A program made the translations under genes and the position numbers. Below the pieces are notes generated by a model. The model saw only the letters and a program-made list of their open reading frames with translations, searched no databases and was not told the origin of the DNA. From the IMG/VR virus record IMGVR_UViG_3300028624_000004, positions 64,001 through 128,000 of that record: a stretch of 64,000 nt of DNA; one strand, given 5' to 3'. Position 1 is the stretch's first letter, and each line of letters opens with the position of its first letter. This DNA comes from a virus. Taxonomy: Duplodnaviria > Caudoviricetes. Positions 34,907 to 46,015 of this stretch are shown piece after piece.

Positions 34907-36817
34907 ATGGCTACATTTACCTATGACAATATAACATATACAGCACTTTTCCTTGATCCATCTGCTGGGTCGAATGGTTCGGGCGTGTCAACCAGCGATC
35001 CATTAAATACATTGCCTACATTTTCTACCATTGCAGCAAACACGGCACTTATAATAAGAAGAACAGCAACATCTATTGTTTTTACGGCTGGTCAAACAAA
35101 CGGAAACGCAAACATTATCTTCGCTGGTTCACCAAGAGCAACCGACCCGCTTTATTATGTTGTTCCAAATGCTTCTGATTGGGAATCGGATGTACCTGAC
35201 ACCGCAACTATTTCTATAACAGGAAATTCTACAGCAAGCGGTATTAGGTTTGACGGTGCTAATATATATGTTGAAAATTTAACTCTTTCCCAAACATCAA
35301 CAGGTGGAAATCAAGCTGCTGGAACAAGCGCAATACTTCACATATCATCAGTATCACCAAGAATAAGAAAAACAAATATAAATGTCGCCGGATTCTCATA
35401 CGATAACACAGGAACATATGGTGGAATATACAGATATGCTGTTCTTTCAAAGTGCGAAAACTTCTCCATGAGTGATTGCTATATTGAAGTTCCAAATGGC
35501 GGAGTTCATTTATTAACTGCTGCTAACAATATCAATATTTCAAATACAATAATAAAAAATTACGCTTCTACCGGACAATCATATTCCATATTTAATACGG
35601 GTGGGTCTTATAGATACTACGGATGCAAAATATACAATAAATCAAATGTAGGGCAGAAAATTTATCATGGAGCGTCGTCGTCTGGTGAAGTAACAAACTG
35701 CACAATAGTTGACGAATATCTTTCAGCCAACGGAACTTCATTTTATAACCAATCGGGATCTTGCAATATAATCAATAGTGTATTTTATTCTAAGCCGAGG
35801 GGAGGCACAGGTATCAGATACATGCTTTATATAGGAGCATCAAATAATATCATTAAAGGATGTATTTTTGAAACGCAAGACGATCAGAGTACAGATGGTG
35901 ATAATATAGCAGTCCACGCTAACGGAGATTCGCAATTCTATGATTGTATATTTAATATTGCTGGCATGCCATTCGCGGGGTCAACACACGCAAAAGTTAT
36001 AAGTAACTGTACATTATCAGGAAATATACTTACGCAAATTCCGTTGTTTGTGGAAAATATAACAGCATTTAAAAACGCAAGTGCTTCTTATCCCATTTCG
36101 GTCATAAATAAAGCAACACTTTATATGGGAACATTAACGATGAGTCATGTGCCCACAACAAATAGAAGGTTTAATTTAAATTCTGAAGGAAATATATTTA
36201 TTGATAATTTAGATGTATTTTTAGGAACCGGATCTGCGTATTCATATCTTAATTTCAACGGCAATGAAAAATGTGCAATTTATACTAAAAACGAAGTAAC
36301 TGTTGGTAACTGGAACGCTCGCAGCTTAAAAACATACATGAATACTACTAATACATATAGAAGTTCGGGGAAAAACTATTCTATAAAGTGTCAATCATTT
36401 GCTGCTCCAACAACATCGACTTTGCTTCCTTATTTGTGGATAGCGCCATTACCATTTGCCGGTATTCCTGTTACTTTTGGAACAACGGGACAAAAGAAAA
36501 TAATTATGTATTTTGCACATAAACTCTACGATACAAATGGAGTAACCCGCAATGATTTAATTCTTCAAGCAGATATTCCAGATAGCTCTTCTCCAAGTGG
36601 ATATACAACTGTATCCTCATATGATAATTTCATTTCTATAGCGGATTCTTCAGTATGGAATAATGATACAGGACTAACAGCCATGAGATTGGAACTTCCG
36701 TTTAACTTAACAACTGCTGGAGAAGTTAGATGTAGAATAGGATTCTTTAAATACAACGCATCGTATCAAACAGGGTATGTTGTAGTAGACACTGGACTTA
36801 TAGGAAGCGACATCTAA
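34907..36817 (+). CDS. Right-handed beta-helix (tailspike/pectin lyase-like) protein
   Basis: N-terminal FLDPSAGSNGSG...DP; repeated I-x-N/G-C-x-F/I beta-helix rungs. Confidence 0.65.
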   Translation: MATFTYDNITYTALFLDPSAGSNGSGVSTSDPLNTLPTFSTIAANTALIIRRTATSIVFTAGQTNGNANIIFAGSPRATDPLYYVVPNASDWESDVPDTATISITGNSTASGIRFDGANIYVENLTLSQTSTGGNQAAGTSAILHISSVSPRIRKTNINVAGFSYDNTGTYGGIYRYAVLSKCENFSMSDCYIEVPNGGVHLLTAANNINISNTIIKNYASTGQSYSIFNTGGSYRYYGCKIYNKSNVGQKIYHGASSSGEVTNCTIVDEYLSANGTSFYNQSGSCNIINSVFYSKPRGGTGIRYMLYIGASNNIIKGCIFETQDDQSTDGDNIAVHANGDSQFYDCIFNIAGMPFAGSTHAKVISNCTLSGNILTQIPLFVENITAFKNASASYPISVINKATLYMGTLTMSHVPTTNRRFNLNSEGNIFIDNLDVFLGTGSAYSYLNFNGNEKCAIYTKNEVTVGNWNARSLKTYMNTTNTYRSSGKNYSIKCQSFAAPTTSTLLPYLWIAPLPFAGIPVTFGTTGQKKIIMYFAHKLYDTNGVTRNDLILQADIPDSSSPSGYTTVSSYDNFISIADSSVWNNDTGLTAMRLELPFNLTTAGEVRCRIGFFKYNASYQTGYVVVDTGLIGSDI

Positions 36818-36826
36818 GGAATAAAA

Positions 36827-39802
36827 ATGGCATTTCACCCCAATGTAAAATTTTTAGATAATGTTACTTCTGATATCCAAAATCAGATAAACAATATATC
36901 TGGTGGAGCCGGTGCGACGGGAGCAACTGGCGTTGGAACAACTGGAGCTACTGGAGCCACTGGAGTTTCTGGCAGCGAGGGGGCAACTGGTGCAACTGGT
37001 CCCGCTGGCAGCGGTGCGACGGGGGCTACTGGAATTGCTGGAAGTGACGGCGCAACTGGAGCCACGGGTGTAACAGGAGCAACTGGTCCTGCTGGCAGTG
37101 GAGAAACCGGAGCGACTGGTGCAACAGGAGTTGCTGGAAGTGATGGAGCTACTGGAGCCACTGGTCCAGCGGGTAGCGGAGCAACTGGAGCAACTGGAGT
37201 TTCTGGTAGCGAGGGGGCAACTGGAGCAACTGGTCCTGCTGGCAGCGGAGCTACTGGAGCAACTGGAGTTGCCGGAAGTGATGGAGCTACCGGAGCAACT
37301 GGAGTTGCCGGAAGTGACGGTGCTACTGGGGCGACTGGCAGTGGAGCTACTGGAGCCACTGGAGTTTCTGGAAGTGATGGTGCTACCGGAGCTACTGGTG
37401 TTGCTGGGGCAACTGGTCCTGCTGGATCTGGATTAACCGACGCCCCTGTTAACGGAAATGTATATGGCAGAAAGGACGGGGCGTGGGTCGAAGTAACTTC
37501 GGTTGCAATTAGTGGATCGCTAGAACCATCTGATACTGAATATCTCATTTTAGATTCATGCATTGAAAGATCTGTTTCTGCTTATCTCAATGTTGATGAT
37601 AGTAAACAAATGCTGTATGGGTGTGTCTATAGTGGTAAAAATCTTAACGGCACCGTTTCTGACCCCCATACTACTTTTTTGAGTTTTAGTAATGAATTTA
37701 CAAATTTTCAAGCGGGGTCTTCAAATGTAGCGCAAGGAACGACCGCATCTGCTCTATACAACTATGGGGGAAGTTATGGTCCAGAAAAGGCAGTCGATGG
37801 TATAGATAACGCTGCTGGAGACAATAGATGGTCGGGGAATTCTACCACTACCCCCCAATGGTTTAAGATAGATTTTGGTGAAGGCAATGAAAAAGTCGTC
37901 ATTAAGATGATATTATATAGATCAACATATGACGGAACGAGAGAGTTTACATTCCAGGGGAGCAACGATGATTCCTTGTGGAGTGATTTGTATGTATCGT
38001 CAAATATAGGCGCTCCTACAGGAAATCCACAGCAAATAGAATTCACATGGTCAAATTCAGTAGCTTATCGCTACTATAGGTTATACATTACAAATGTAGT
38101 GACAAATTCACCAACATATTGTGAAATTAAACTTTATGACAATATTATAGTAGAAGACGCATTACTAACGACAACAACAATGTCAGTGTCGGGAGAGCCA
38201 AATGAAGCGGTGGTTTCTGTAATAGCCAACTTAGGAAATAATGTAGTAAATGATGATTTTGTCTTTAGTATTAGTAATGATGGTGGGCAAAATTACGATG
38301 TTGTGAATATAGAAAATTCAGGTCAAATACTTCCACTTCCCGCAAACTATGTTTTGTATACCGGAATATGTGAATTGACTTCAAGAAATTCTAGTGATAT
38401 GAGAGTAAAGATTCAGGTAAACGGATCTGAGCCTGTATTTATTAAGTCCTTTGCCGTCCAATACGTAAAAAGCAGAGATGAAGAATGGTATGTTGGTCCT
38501 ACTGGCGCAACAGGTGCCTCTGGACCTGTCGGGGCAACTGGTGCTGCTGGTTCTGGTGGCGTCACATGGAGTCAACCTGTTGGCTCGCCGGTGACACTGG
38601 CAGATGATGAAGAAGTATCCATTACACATCCGTCAGTAACAAATGAGAAACTACAAGTTGTAGTTTGGATGGACGTTGCTCAGACCGGACAGACATGGAA
38701 TGATCTTGATTTTGATTTGGCTGATGAGAGTGCATTTGTTCAAGAATTAAGTGGAGAAGGAACATTATTTTCGTCTGGGTCTATAACGCTTGGTGGTGTT
38801 TTTTCTGGTGATCCCGAATTAGCCGTTCCGCAAATGACTAATTATACTGTTCCTAGCGGTGAGGCATCAGCATCAACAGACCCCTATCCACAATGGTATC
38901 CTGCCTGGAAAGTTTTTAATAGAGCTAATGCGGTAGAGACAGACGCATGGACAACGCTTGAAAACGTTCAATATGGTACACCCGCAAGCTGGCAGTGGGT
39001 AAAATATGACTTTGGTTCGGGTAATGCTGTTTACATGAGTAATTATTCATTTAGAGCAAGAAATAATTCGCCTAATTATGCTCCCAAAATATGGCTCATG
39101 CAGGGATCAAATGATAATAGCACATGGATTGATCTAGAACCAGAAAGAACTAAAGAGTCATGGTCTTCACAAGAATTATATGAGAGTACTCTTACTTCCC
39201 CAGGAACTTACCGTTATATTAGATTGCTTGTTAAGGAATCAACAACTTCATCAGGATTGTCTATCAGTGATTGGCGACCACAGACTAGAGAAATTGCTTA
39301 TCCAACAGATACATGGTATTGGGTAAGAACTAATACTAATACATTTAATTTATCCCAAGCAAACGAAATAGTAAGCATAACACCAACGGTATCATCACCA
39401 ACAAATACAGATTTAAGGTGGTTGGTTTCGTTTGATGGGAATCAGACTTGGAAGAAGTGGGCTGGAAGTAGTTGGAATGATTTCAACGGAGGGCTATCTG
39501 ATATTAGTGGAGGTAATAGTACGGCAGAGGTTCAGACGGGATTGAGTAACTATGAAATACAGGAAGGAGATACATCATTGGGCTTTGCGTGGGGATTATT
39601 CACCACGAACAATCAAGCATCTCCAGTAATAGATGCGGTTGTTGTTACTTATAACGAAGCATCGCGTTATGATCCCGCAATAATCGGTGGATATTCAAGT
39701 AGCATAGCCGAATTTGGTGTAAGAAGAATATCACCAACGGAAACTAAAATAAAGAATCTCACAGGAACAACTCAAAAGATACATGCGAGCGTGATAACAT
39801 GA
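36827..39802 (+). CDS. Collagen-like fibre with two discoidin (F5/8 type C, CBM32-like) domains
   Basis: GAT repeats; AS..Y.....AVDG..W, WFKIDFG, QGSND..W and YRYYRL motifs occur twice. Confidence 0.85.
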   Translation: MAFHPNVKFLDNVTSDIQNQINNISGGAGATGATGVGTTGATGATGVSGSEGATGATGPAGSGATGATGIAGSDGATGATGVTGATGPAGSGETGATGATGVAGSDGATGATGPAGSGATGATGVSGSEGATGATGPAGSGATGATGVAGSDGATGATGVAGSDGATGATGSGATGATGVSGSDGATGATGVAGATGPAGSGLTDAPVNGNVYGRKDGAWVEVTSVAISGSLEPSDTEYLILDSCIERSVSAYLNVDDSKQMLYGCVYSGKNLNGTVSDPHTTFLSFSNEFTNFQAGSSNVAQGTTASALYNYGGSYGPEKAVDGIDNAAGDNRWSGNSTTTPQWFKIDFGEGNEKVVIKMILYRSTYDGTREFTFQGSNDDSLWSDLYVSSNIGAPTGNPQQIEFTWSNSVAYRYYRLYITNVVTNSPTYCEIKLYDNIIVEDALLTTTTMSVSGEPNEAVVSVIANLGNNVVNDDFVFSISNDGGQNYDVVNIENSGQILPLPANYVLYTGICELTSRNSSDMRVKIQVNGSEPVFIKSFAVQYVKSRDEEWYVGPTGATGASGPVGATGAAGSGGVTWSQPVGSPVTLADDEEVSITHPSVTNEKLQVVVWMDVAQTGQTWNDLDFDLADESAFVQELSGEGTLFSSGSITLGGVFSGDPELAVPQMTNYTVPSGEASASTDPYPQWYPAWKVFNRANAVETDAWTTLENVQYGTPASWQWVKYDFGSGNAVYMSNYSFRARNNSPNYAPKIWLMQGSNDNSTWIDLEPERTKESWSSQELYESTLTSPGTYRYIRLLVKESTTSSGLSISDWRPQTREIAYPTDTWYWVRTNTNTFNLSQANEIVSITPTVSSPTNTDLRWLVSFDGNQTWKKWAGSSWNDFNGGLSDISGGNSTAEVQTGLSNYEIQEGDTSLGFAWGLFTTNNQASPVIDAVVVTYNEASRYDPAIIGGYSSSIAEFGVRRISPTETKIKNLTGTTQKIHASVIT

Positions 39803-40176
39803 GTATTATAGATGCAAAAAGAGCAGCAATTACATATGCTGTTAATAAAGAAAGAGAAAGAAGACTGAATACTATTATTGTAACTGTTGATGGCATTCCT
39901 TTCGATGGCGATCCAATATCCAGAGACAATATGGCTGGGTTGCTAACTGCCACTGCTAATGGTGTTCCGGTTCCATGGTCAGTGCCATGGCGCTGTGCTG
40001 ACAACATCACTAGACCATTGTCTTATACTACTGCTATACAGGTTTCTGCTGCTATTATCGGAGAAATTCAGAGGATATATTCTGCTTGTTGGTATATTAA
40101 GGATGAAATAATACCTAATTTAACTATAGAACAGATTCAAGAATTTGATGTTACAAATAATGAATTATGGGAATAA
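39799..40176 (+). CDS. DUF4376-like tail fibre assembly protein
   Basis: [12 protein letters not shown] and W.CADN motifs. Confidence 0.7.
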   Translation: MSIIDAKRAAITYAVNKERERRLNTIIVTVDGIPFDGDPISRDNMAGLLTATANGVPVPWSVPWRCADNITRPLSYTTAIQVSAAIIGEIQRIYSACWYIKDEIIPNLTIEQIQEFDVTNNELWE

Positions 40177-40180
40177 CGAT

Positions 40181-40519
40181 ATGTCTATTATTAATAACAT
40201 CTCACCCGAAAATAGAATAAGTGCGGCATGGACTGCGGCTAATACCTTTGCAGAATCGCAAATGGACACAAACAGCAGGCATTCTATAAATCTTCTATTG
40301 GCTAGACACACTATATCACCATTAAGTGATATTCAATTTCAGAGAATATTAGAATATAGTGTTTGGTGGGAAGCGATATGGACACATTACAAGCAAGTAA
40401 AAGATTCTATTAATCAGGGTGTTGACGCTAGATTTGATCCAACAGTCCCCGGAAAATGCCCATGGACTATATGGCAAATATCCAATCCTGTTCCTATTCC
40501 AGACTTCCCAGATCGTTAA
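40181..40519 (+). CDS. Probable fibre chaperone-like protein
   Basis: ATG start at 40181 follows the DUF4376-like gene. Confidence 0.6.
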   Translation: MSIINNISPENRISAAWTAANTFAESQMDTNSRHSINLLLARHTISPLSDIQFQRILEYSVWWEAIWTHYKQVKDSINQGVDARFDPTVPGKCPWTIWQISNPVPIPDFPDR

Positions 40520-40546
40520 TAAAATATATTATGATATAATAATATC

Positions 40547-40927
40547 ATGGGAACAATATATGTCGTTGCTATTCTTTTAGTTTATGGGATAACTAACATA
40601 ATAGTTAATTCCTCTCTATTCGAGCCATTTAGAAACTATATATCTACTAAAGTGGATACCAACAAAGCAATGCTCTACTTTTACAGGCTTATAACCTGTA
40701 TGATGTGCCTTGGTTTCTGGGTGGGGGCTTTCGTCGGCTACTTCTATGGTCCCTTCCACCCATTTAACATTATTTTCAACGGTGCCCTGTATTCTGGGGC
40801 AATATGGATACTTCATTGCGTCGTTATGTTCCTTGGGAATGGCTTCGACCCAGCAAGAACTATAAATATGGGAAGCAGCGAAACCATTAATGTAAAGGTC
40901 GTAAAAGATGAGCATCCAGAAAGTTAA
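40547..40927 (+). CDS. DUF1360-like membrane protein with CxxC
   Basis: YGITNIIV.SSLFEPFR and L-I-T-C-M-M-C-L-G-F-W-V-G. Confidence 0.7.
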   Translation: MGTIYVVAILLVYGITNIIVNSSLFEPFRNYISTKVDTNKAMLYFYRLITCMMCLGFWVGAFVGYFYGPFHPFNIIFNGALYSGAIWILHCVVMFLGNGFDPARTINMGSSETINVKVVKDEHPES

Positions 40928-41246
40928 ATCAGTTCTTAATAATGTTCTCTACGAAACACACTCGCCTCGTGGTTTACTGGAGTTCACATGGAGCAAAGAA
41001 GACGCTGATAACGCCCAAACCGCATTCCAAGAAGCCCGTAAGAAGCTTAAGTCCATTGGTATAACAAACATAGACATTCAGCCCATGTCCCAGCGGGTCA
41101 TGGTCGTTTTGAACAAGACGCAGGAACCCATCGTTACAGATATAATGAATGAGCTTGGATTTCAACTAATCAATACGATTTTTGACCCAAGTAAGCAAGA
41201 AGGGGTGCCATCATGGTACAACCCAACTTTGCCGCACAATCGCTAA
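40908..41246 (+). CDS. Hypothetical protein
   Basis: 112-aa ORF. Confidence 0.6.
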   Translation: MSIQKVKSVLNNVLYETHSPRGLLEFTWSKEDADNAQTAFQEARKKLKSIGITNIDIQPMSQRVMVVLNKTQEPIVTDIMNELGFQLINTIFDPSKQEGVPSWYNPTLPHNR

Positions 41247-41295
41247 TAAAAACATCATAAAAACATAGTTTAAAAGAAAGAACATAGGAGAACTT

Positions 41296-41481
41296 ATGGC
41301 TATTGAGGATTTGCTTGAGAGTATTGACAAAGTAACTAACGAGATAAAGAAAAAGTACCCTAAAGGAGCATATAGAGTCCGTATAGCGAATGCCAAGTCG
41401 CTCACTTCCTACAATGTTGAAAAAAATGATATAGTTCATTGGCATGTGGTATACTTGGATAATCTTAGGAGGCAATTGTGA
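41296..41481 (+). CDS. Hypothetical protein
   Basis: AGGAG RBS. Confidence 0.6.
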   Translation: MAIEDLLESIDKVTNEIKKKYPKGAYRVRIANAKSLTSYNVEKNDIVHWHVVYLDNLRRQL

Positions 41482-42248
41482 AATCAGTTATATTGGCAGG
41501 CGGTCGTGGAACTAGATTAAATATTCAGACACAGATTCATAACAAGCATCTTCTGCCTGTGTATTCGTCTCAGGGAGCTTATCCTATGATATGCTACCCA
41601 CTCCAGACTCTTATTAAGAGTGGCTCCCGAGATACTCTTATCATATCATCCCAGGAACATTGTGGCGACATTATAGAGTTTCTTGGCGATGGTGAAAAGT
41701 TTGGAACTTCTTTGACATATCGTATTCAGGATCACAATGACCCTACCCGCCCTGTCGGCATCGCCTCTGCAATGAAGCTCATTTCGGGATTTGTTCGTGA
41801 CGAGCCGTTCGCTGTTATACTTGGTGATAATTTCTACGAGGATTCCTTTGTAGCAGAATTCCGTGCCTTTGAAGAAACCTACGAAGCTACGAAACTTCCG
41901 GGCGCTCATATCTTCTTAAAGGAAGTAGATGACATACGGAGATTTGGATGTGCTAAATTTGAAGGAGATACTATAGTTGATATTATAGAGAAGCCTAAAG
42001 ATCCTCCTAGCAACTTCGCCGTTTCTGGATTATATCTTTATACGCCAGATGCACTTGATATACTTCCTTCGCTTGTGCCATCTGGGCGCGGCGAGCTAGA
42101 AGTGAGTGACCTTAATGCACATTACGTAAAAAGAAATAGTATGACACATACTATTGTCAATGGCTTTTGGCACGACCTCGGAACTCCAGAAAGTATGTTA
42201 TATGGTCAGAAATGGATAAACGACAATAACTATAAGGTGACTATATGA
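41478..42248 (+). CDS. rmlA: Sugar-1-phosphate nucleotidylyltransferase (RmlA/RfbA-like)
   Basis: ILAGGRGTRL, NKHLLPVY, VILGDN, IIEKP, SGRGELEV, WHDLGT. Confidence 0.85.
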   Translation: MKSVILAGGRGTRLNIQTQIHNKHLLPVYSSQGAYPMICYPLQTLIKSGSRDTLIISSQEHCGDIIEFLGDGEKFGTSLTYRIQDHNDPTRPVGIASAMKLISGFVRDEPFAVILGDNFYEDSFVAEFRAFEETYEATKLPGAHIFLKEVDDIRRFGCAKFEGDTIVDIIEKPKDPPSNFAVSGLYLYTPDALDILPSLVPSGRGELEVSDLNAHYVKRNSMTHTIVNGFWHDLGTPESMLYGQKWINDNNYKVTI

Positions 42249-42694
42249 AATATAAGAACATCAGTGGAATGCGTCAAGTTGTTGTTATAAGTGGCGTTAA
42301 GACCCAAATATTAAGTGACGATGTATTTGAATCCGATAGAGAGCTTAAGATTGCTTTTCTTGAAAGAGTATCCGACGATTCGCCAGTAACAGTCAAGCCA
42401 GGAAAAAGATTTTCTTCGGTTGTCAATCTCCAACAAAAAGTTACTTCATTGGAACAAAGGCAACAAGTAGTTGCCGAATCATCTAATGAAGTTAAAAGTC
42501 TTAAAGACGAAAATACGCAACTTAAGGAACAAGTCAAGGATATGCTACATCGCCAGGAAAAACTTGAAAACGAAACTAATAGAAAACTTGAAATGATGAA
42601 GACGGCTATTATGATGCTTCAAGAGGACTTCTATGCGGTTGAGTTTGATGAGAACGGAAAGGCGGTGGAAAAGGATGCCACCTTTCCCCAATGA
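42245..42694 (+). CDS. Coiled-coil hypothetical protein
   Basis: Heptad-rich C-terminal half. Confidence 0.7.
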   Translation: MKYKNISGMRQVVVISGVKTQILSDDVFESDRELKIAFLERVSDDSPVTVKPGKRFSSVVNLQQKVTSLEQRQQVVAESSNEVKSLKDENTQLKEQVKDMLHRQEKLENETNRKLEMMKTAIMMLQEDFYAVEFDENGKAVEKDATFPQ

Positions 42695-42778
42695 TTTTGA
42701 CCCCGAAAACGATTTCATTATACTTGGGATATAGCCATTACTAATTGGTTTATTTTTTCTTTTTGATATAATCAAATT

Positions 42779-43249
42779 ATGCAAATCAGATTCAATAGTA
42801 TTCCCGTTGATGTTCCTTCAAAAAAGACATCACGGATATTTACGAGAGAAGTTCTTCAAGATATCGCAAACCAAATAAACATAGCAACAGCGGAAATTCC
42901 TATTATCAACCATGTTGGTGATAGAACGGAATGGGAGTCTTCAAGATCCTGTGGGACCGTGATAAAAGGATCTGCCAATATAGTTGATAATGTATTGACA
43001 ATGGAAGCCAGATTCTTCAATAAAGATTTCTTCCTCGCCCACCCTTATGAATTTTCACCGAATATGGCTAACATAGATCCAACATCTGGTAACATGATGG
43101 AGAAGCTCACACTCCTTGATGCCATAGAATACTCTCCTGTTGGAATCGGTGACGTTGAAATTGTTGGCGAAGGTTGCGATTGTCGCCGTATTGTCAAGAG
43201 TTATAACCTTCTATACGTCTATGGTCAACCAAAGGGGATTCTTGCATGA
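42779..43249 (+). CDS. Hypothetical protein
   Basis: ORF; TGaTATAAT lies 6 nt before the ATG. Confidence 0.7.
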   Translation: MQIRFNSIPVDVPSKKTSRIFTREVLQDIANQINIATAEIPIINHVGDRTEWESSRSCGTVIKGSANIVDNVLTMEARFFNKDFFLAHPYEFSPNMANIDPTSGNMMEKLTLLDAIEYSPVGIGDVEIVGEGCDCRRIVKSYNLLYVYGQPKGILA

Positions 43250-43752
43250 ATAAAGTATATCTTACACAAGAAGAGTTTACAAACATGACTCTGGACTTGG
43301 GTAGACGAATAATGTCATCAAGAAGAAAGTTTTTCAATGTTTATGGGATAGAGCGTGGCGGTGTATATGTCAGTGAACCAGTTTCAAAATATCTCCTGAC
43401 CGATCATCGCACATTTAAGATTTCTTTTTACTCTGAGAAGGATTCGGTTAATCCTGATCCCGTTTATGACTTTAAGAGGTTTGATTTCGAGCATATCAGA
43501 AAGACATCATATGTGCCGTTTCTTTTGGTTGATGATCTTCTTGACGGCGGCAATACCTTAAATTGGTTTATAGAGAAAACTAAACTTGTTCAAGGAAAAC
43601 ATTTTCATTTTGCTTGTCTTTATTACAATCCAAATAACAAGTTTGGCTTAAAGCCCAATTTCTGGATAAGAGAAAAGAAAGAAAACGAGTGGATAGTATT
43701 TCCACACGAAGCAAAGAGAGAAGCTGAAAAGCAACTGACAGCATCCGTATGA
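43246..43752 (+). CDS. Purine phosphoribosyltransferase (type I PRTase)
   Basis: GIERGG, PRPP-binding LLVDDLLDGGNTL, WIVFP. Confidence 0.85.
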   Translation: MNKVYLTQEEFTNMTLDLGRRIMSSRRKFFNVYGIERGGVYVSEPVSKYLLTDHRTFKISFYSEKDSVNPDPVYDFKRFDFEHIRKTSYVPFLLVDDLLDGGNTLNWFIEKTKLVQGKHFHFACLYYNPNNKFGLKPNFWIREKKENEWIVFPHEAKREAEKQLTASV

Positions 43753-43931
43753 GTGATAAAAACTACAAGGTTCATGTTCACCAGTATAAAAACGGCGCTA
43801 TACTTGGTCAAATAAAAGATAACGATGTTGTTGTCAAGGAGATTTGGCAGGATCCCGTCATGAACCCAAAAGTCACCTTACATTTTCTTCGTAAACAAGT
43901 TGAGATGATGGTGTGGTTAGATAGAATATAA
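43749..43931 (+). CDS. Hypothetical protein
   Basis: ATGA overlap. Confidence 0.55.
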   Translation: MSDKNYKVHVHQYKNGAILGQIKDNDVVVKEIWQDPVMNPKVTLHFLRKQVEMMVWLDRI

Positions 43932-43985
43932 TTTATTCTTGATTTATATTTTTTGGCGTGTATCATGGGTTCAAGGAACTCACAT

Positions 43986-44231
43986 ATGAAACAGACACCA
44001 AATGAAAAAGAATTCTTCCAGTCTCTTTACGACCTCTGTCGCAAACATAAAGTCAATATGGTTTCGCAGCAGGTTGAAATAAAGAAACCCAAAGGCGATG
44101 CATATACTGTTTATGACTGGGTTGAAATCACCGGAGCATGGAACATTCGTCCCGAAAACGAAGCTGTCGTCATGAATAGATTAGACGAACCTGCAACTGG
44201 ATCTACTTTTGTCATAAAGGGACAGGAATGA
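43986..44231 (+). CDS. Hypothetical protein
   Basis: AAGGA RBS sets the start at 43986. Confidence 0.6.
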   Translation: MKQTPNEKEFFQSLYDLCRKHKVNMVSQQVEIKKPKGDAYTVYDWVEITGAWNIRPENEAVVMNRLDEPATGSTFVIKGQE

Positions 44232-44413
44232 CACTTATAGAAACTTTCTGTCAGCTTTATAAAGCATCTATGAAAAATCACGAAACTGCTGTTAAGCTAG
44301 CTCCAAGAATTTCTGAAATATGGAATGACATGTCAGATTTAGACCGTGAAATTGCAACTTCTCTTTTGAAGCTGCCCAAGACCTCAGAAACGGATTATGA
44401 AAAAGATGCTTAA
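44228..44413 (+). CDS. Hypothetical protein
   Basis: ATGA overlap. Confidence 0.55.
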   Translation: MTLIETFCQLYKASMKNHETAVKLAPRISEIWNDMSDLDREIATSLLKLPKTSETDYEKDA

Positions 44414-45095
44414 TATAGACTCATCAGCGTCATTGGCGAAAGTCATTGATCACTCTATTCTTAGACCCAACTTCACCGAATTAGAAGTTGAGAAAGAGAT
44501 AAGAATAGCCTTAAAGTGGAATGTAGCATCGGTATGTGTTATGCCATGCTATCTTCCGCTTGTTGTCAATATGCTTAGAGGAACTTCTATTTACCCATGT
44601 ACGGTATCTGGATTTCCACTTGGCTATATAGGACAGATAAACAAAATATTTGGTGTTCGCAACTCCATTCATTCTGGTGCTAAAGAAATTGATCATGTTA
44701 TCAATATAAGCAAAGTGGTCAGTGAAAAGTGGAATGAAGTTGAACATGAAGTTCAAACCGTGACCAACGAATGTCACTCAAAAAACGCTAAGATAAAAAT
44801 AATCTTTGAAAATTGCTACTTGACAGACGCTCAGAAAGTCAAGTTGACAAGAATATGCTGCCGCAACGATGTAGATTGGATAAAGACATCCACTGGATTC
44901 GGACCATCTGGTGCCAAGTTATTCGATGTCGAACTTATGATGTCGCATGTCAGTGGATCTACACAAGTTAAGGCTGCCGGTGGTATAAAGACATTTGAAG
45001 ACATGCTCGCATACGTCAAAGCAGGATGTACTCGGTGCGGCTGTTCGTCAACTGATGAAGTATTGACAAAGGCAAGGGAGTTTTATGGATGCTAA
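44397..45095 (+). CDS. deoC: Deoxyribose-phosphate aldolase
   Basis: IDHSIL.P, SVCV.P, GFPLG, GAKEID.VIN, KIIFE, IKTSTGF, VKAAGGI. Confidence 0.92.
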   Translation: MKKMLNIDSSASLAKVIDHSILRPNFTELEVEKEIRIALKWNVASVCVMPCYLPLVVNMLRGTSIYPCTVSGFPLGYIGQINKIFGVRNSIHSGAKEIDHVINISKVVSEKWNEVEHEVQTVTNECHSKNAKIKIIFENCYLTDAQKVKLTRICCRNDVDWIKTSTGFGPSGAKLFDVELMMSHVSGSTQVKAAGGIKTFEDMLAYVKAGCTRCGCSSTDEVLTKAREFYGC

Positions 45096-45369
45096 AGCTA
45101 TAGAGAGAATCCGTGAGTATGTTAGTGAGGTCAACCCTAAAGCCATCGTATTCGACGGACTTGACGCCGCCATTATTGGGGTTGCTAATCAACATGGCTC
45201 CGAAACCGTGATTGCTTATAGCGAATCCAAAATTCTTTATTGTCTTATGGACGATAATGGATGGGACATGGAAGAGGCACGGGAGTGGTATGACTACAAC
45301 ATCGCATGCCTTGGAGTAACAGACGGCACACCTGTCATCGTCATGGATGCATGGAAGGATGAAGTATGA
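45085..45369 (+). CDS. Conserved phage hypothetical protein
   Basis: DGLDAAIIG...EEAREWYDYNI...TP motif. Confidence 0.7.
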   Translation: MDAKAIERIREYVSEVNPKAIVFDGLDAAIIGVANQHGSETVIAYSESKILYCLMDDNGWDMEEAREWYDYNIACLGVTDGTPVIVMDAWKDEV

Positions 45370-45400
45370 TAAAAACAATAACCATAGAGGAACTACCAGA

Positions 45401-46012
45401 ATGAAAGTAACCTACCAGTCAAACGTTCCAGCCAAGACAGAAGACATTGCGAAGTTCGTTGAATTCCCGCATGTTGTCTATGTCAACAAGTTTGACGAAG
45501 AATCCGCAAAGGGATTCTATGTGGAGTTTACTAAGGCACAATCTTCTCAGCAACCTGTTATTCCTATAGTGATAGATTCCTATGGTGGACATATCGACTC
45601 TCTCTTCCATATGATTGACATCTGCCGTGCCTCCAAGAAGACTATAGCAACCATCGTTATGGGTAAGGCAATGTCTTGTGGCGCTGTATTGGCGACATGT
45701 GGCTGGCATGGTTATAGGTTCGCCTCTCCACTGTCGAGAATTATGATACATGATGCTTTGTCCATGTCATGGGGCAAGGTAGAAGATGTCAAGGTTGACG
45801 CAACCGAGTTGGGCAGATTGAACGATACTCTGTATGGCATCATGGCAGAAAACTGCCGTAAGCCCAATAGATACTTCTGGGATATCGTCCAAGCAAAGGG
45901 AAGATCTGATTGGTATTTAACTGCTCAAGAAGCTCATGAACACAACCTCATCAACCACATACGGATTCCCGAAATCAAGATCAGTCTGAATGTCAACTAC
46001 CAGTTCGAGTGA
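45401..46012 (+). CDS. clpP: ClpP-like serine protease
   Basis: IDSYGG, GKAMSCGA (catalytic Ser), IMIH, DWYLTAQEA. Confidence 0.85.
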   Translation: MKVTYQSNVPAKTEDIAKFVEFPHVVYVNKFDEESAKGFYVEFTKAQSSQQPVIPIVIDSYGGHIDSLFHMIDICRASKKTIATIVMGKAMSCGAVLATCGWHGYRFASPLSRIMIHDALSMSWGKVEDVKVDATELGRLNDTLYGIMAENCRKPNRYFWDIVQAKGRSDWYLTAQEAHEHNLINHIRIPEIKISLNVNYQFE

Positions 46013-46015
46013 CAT

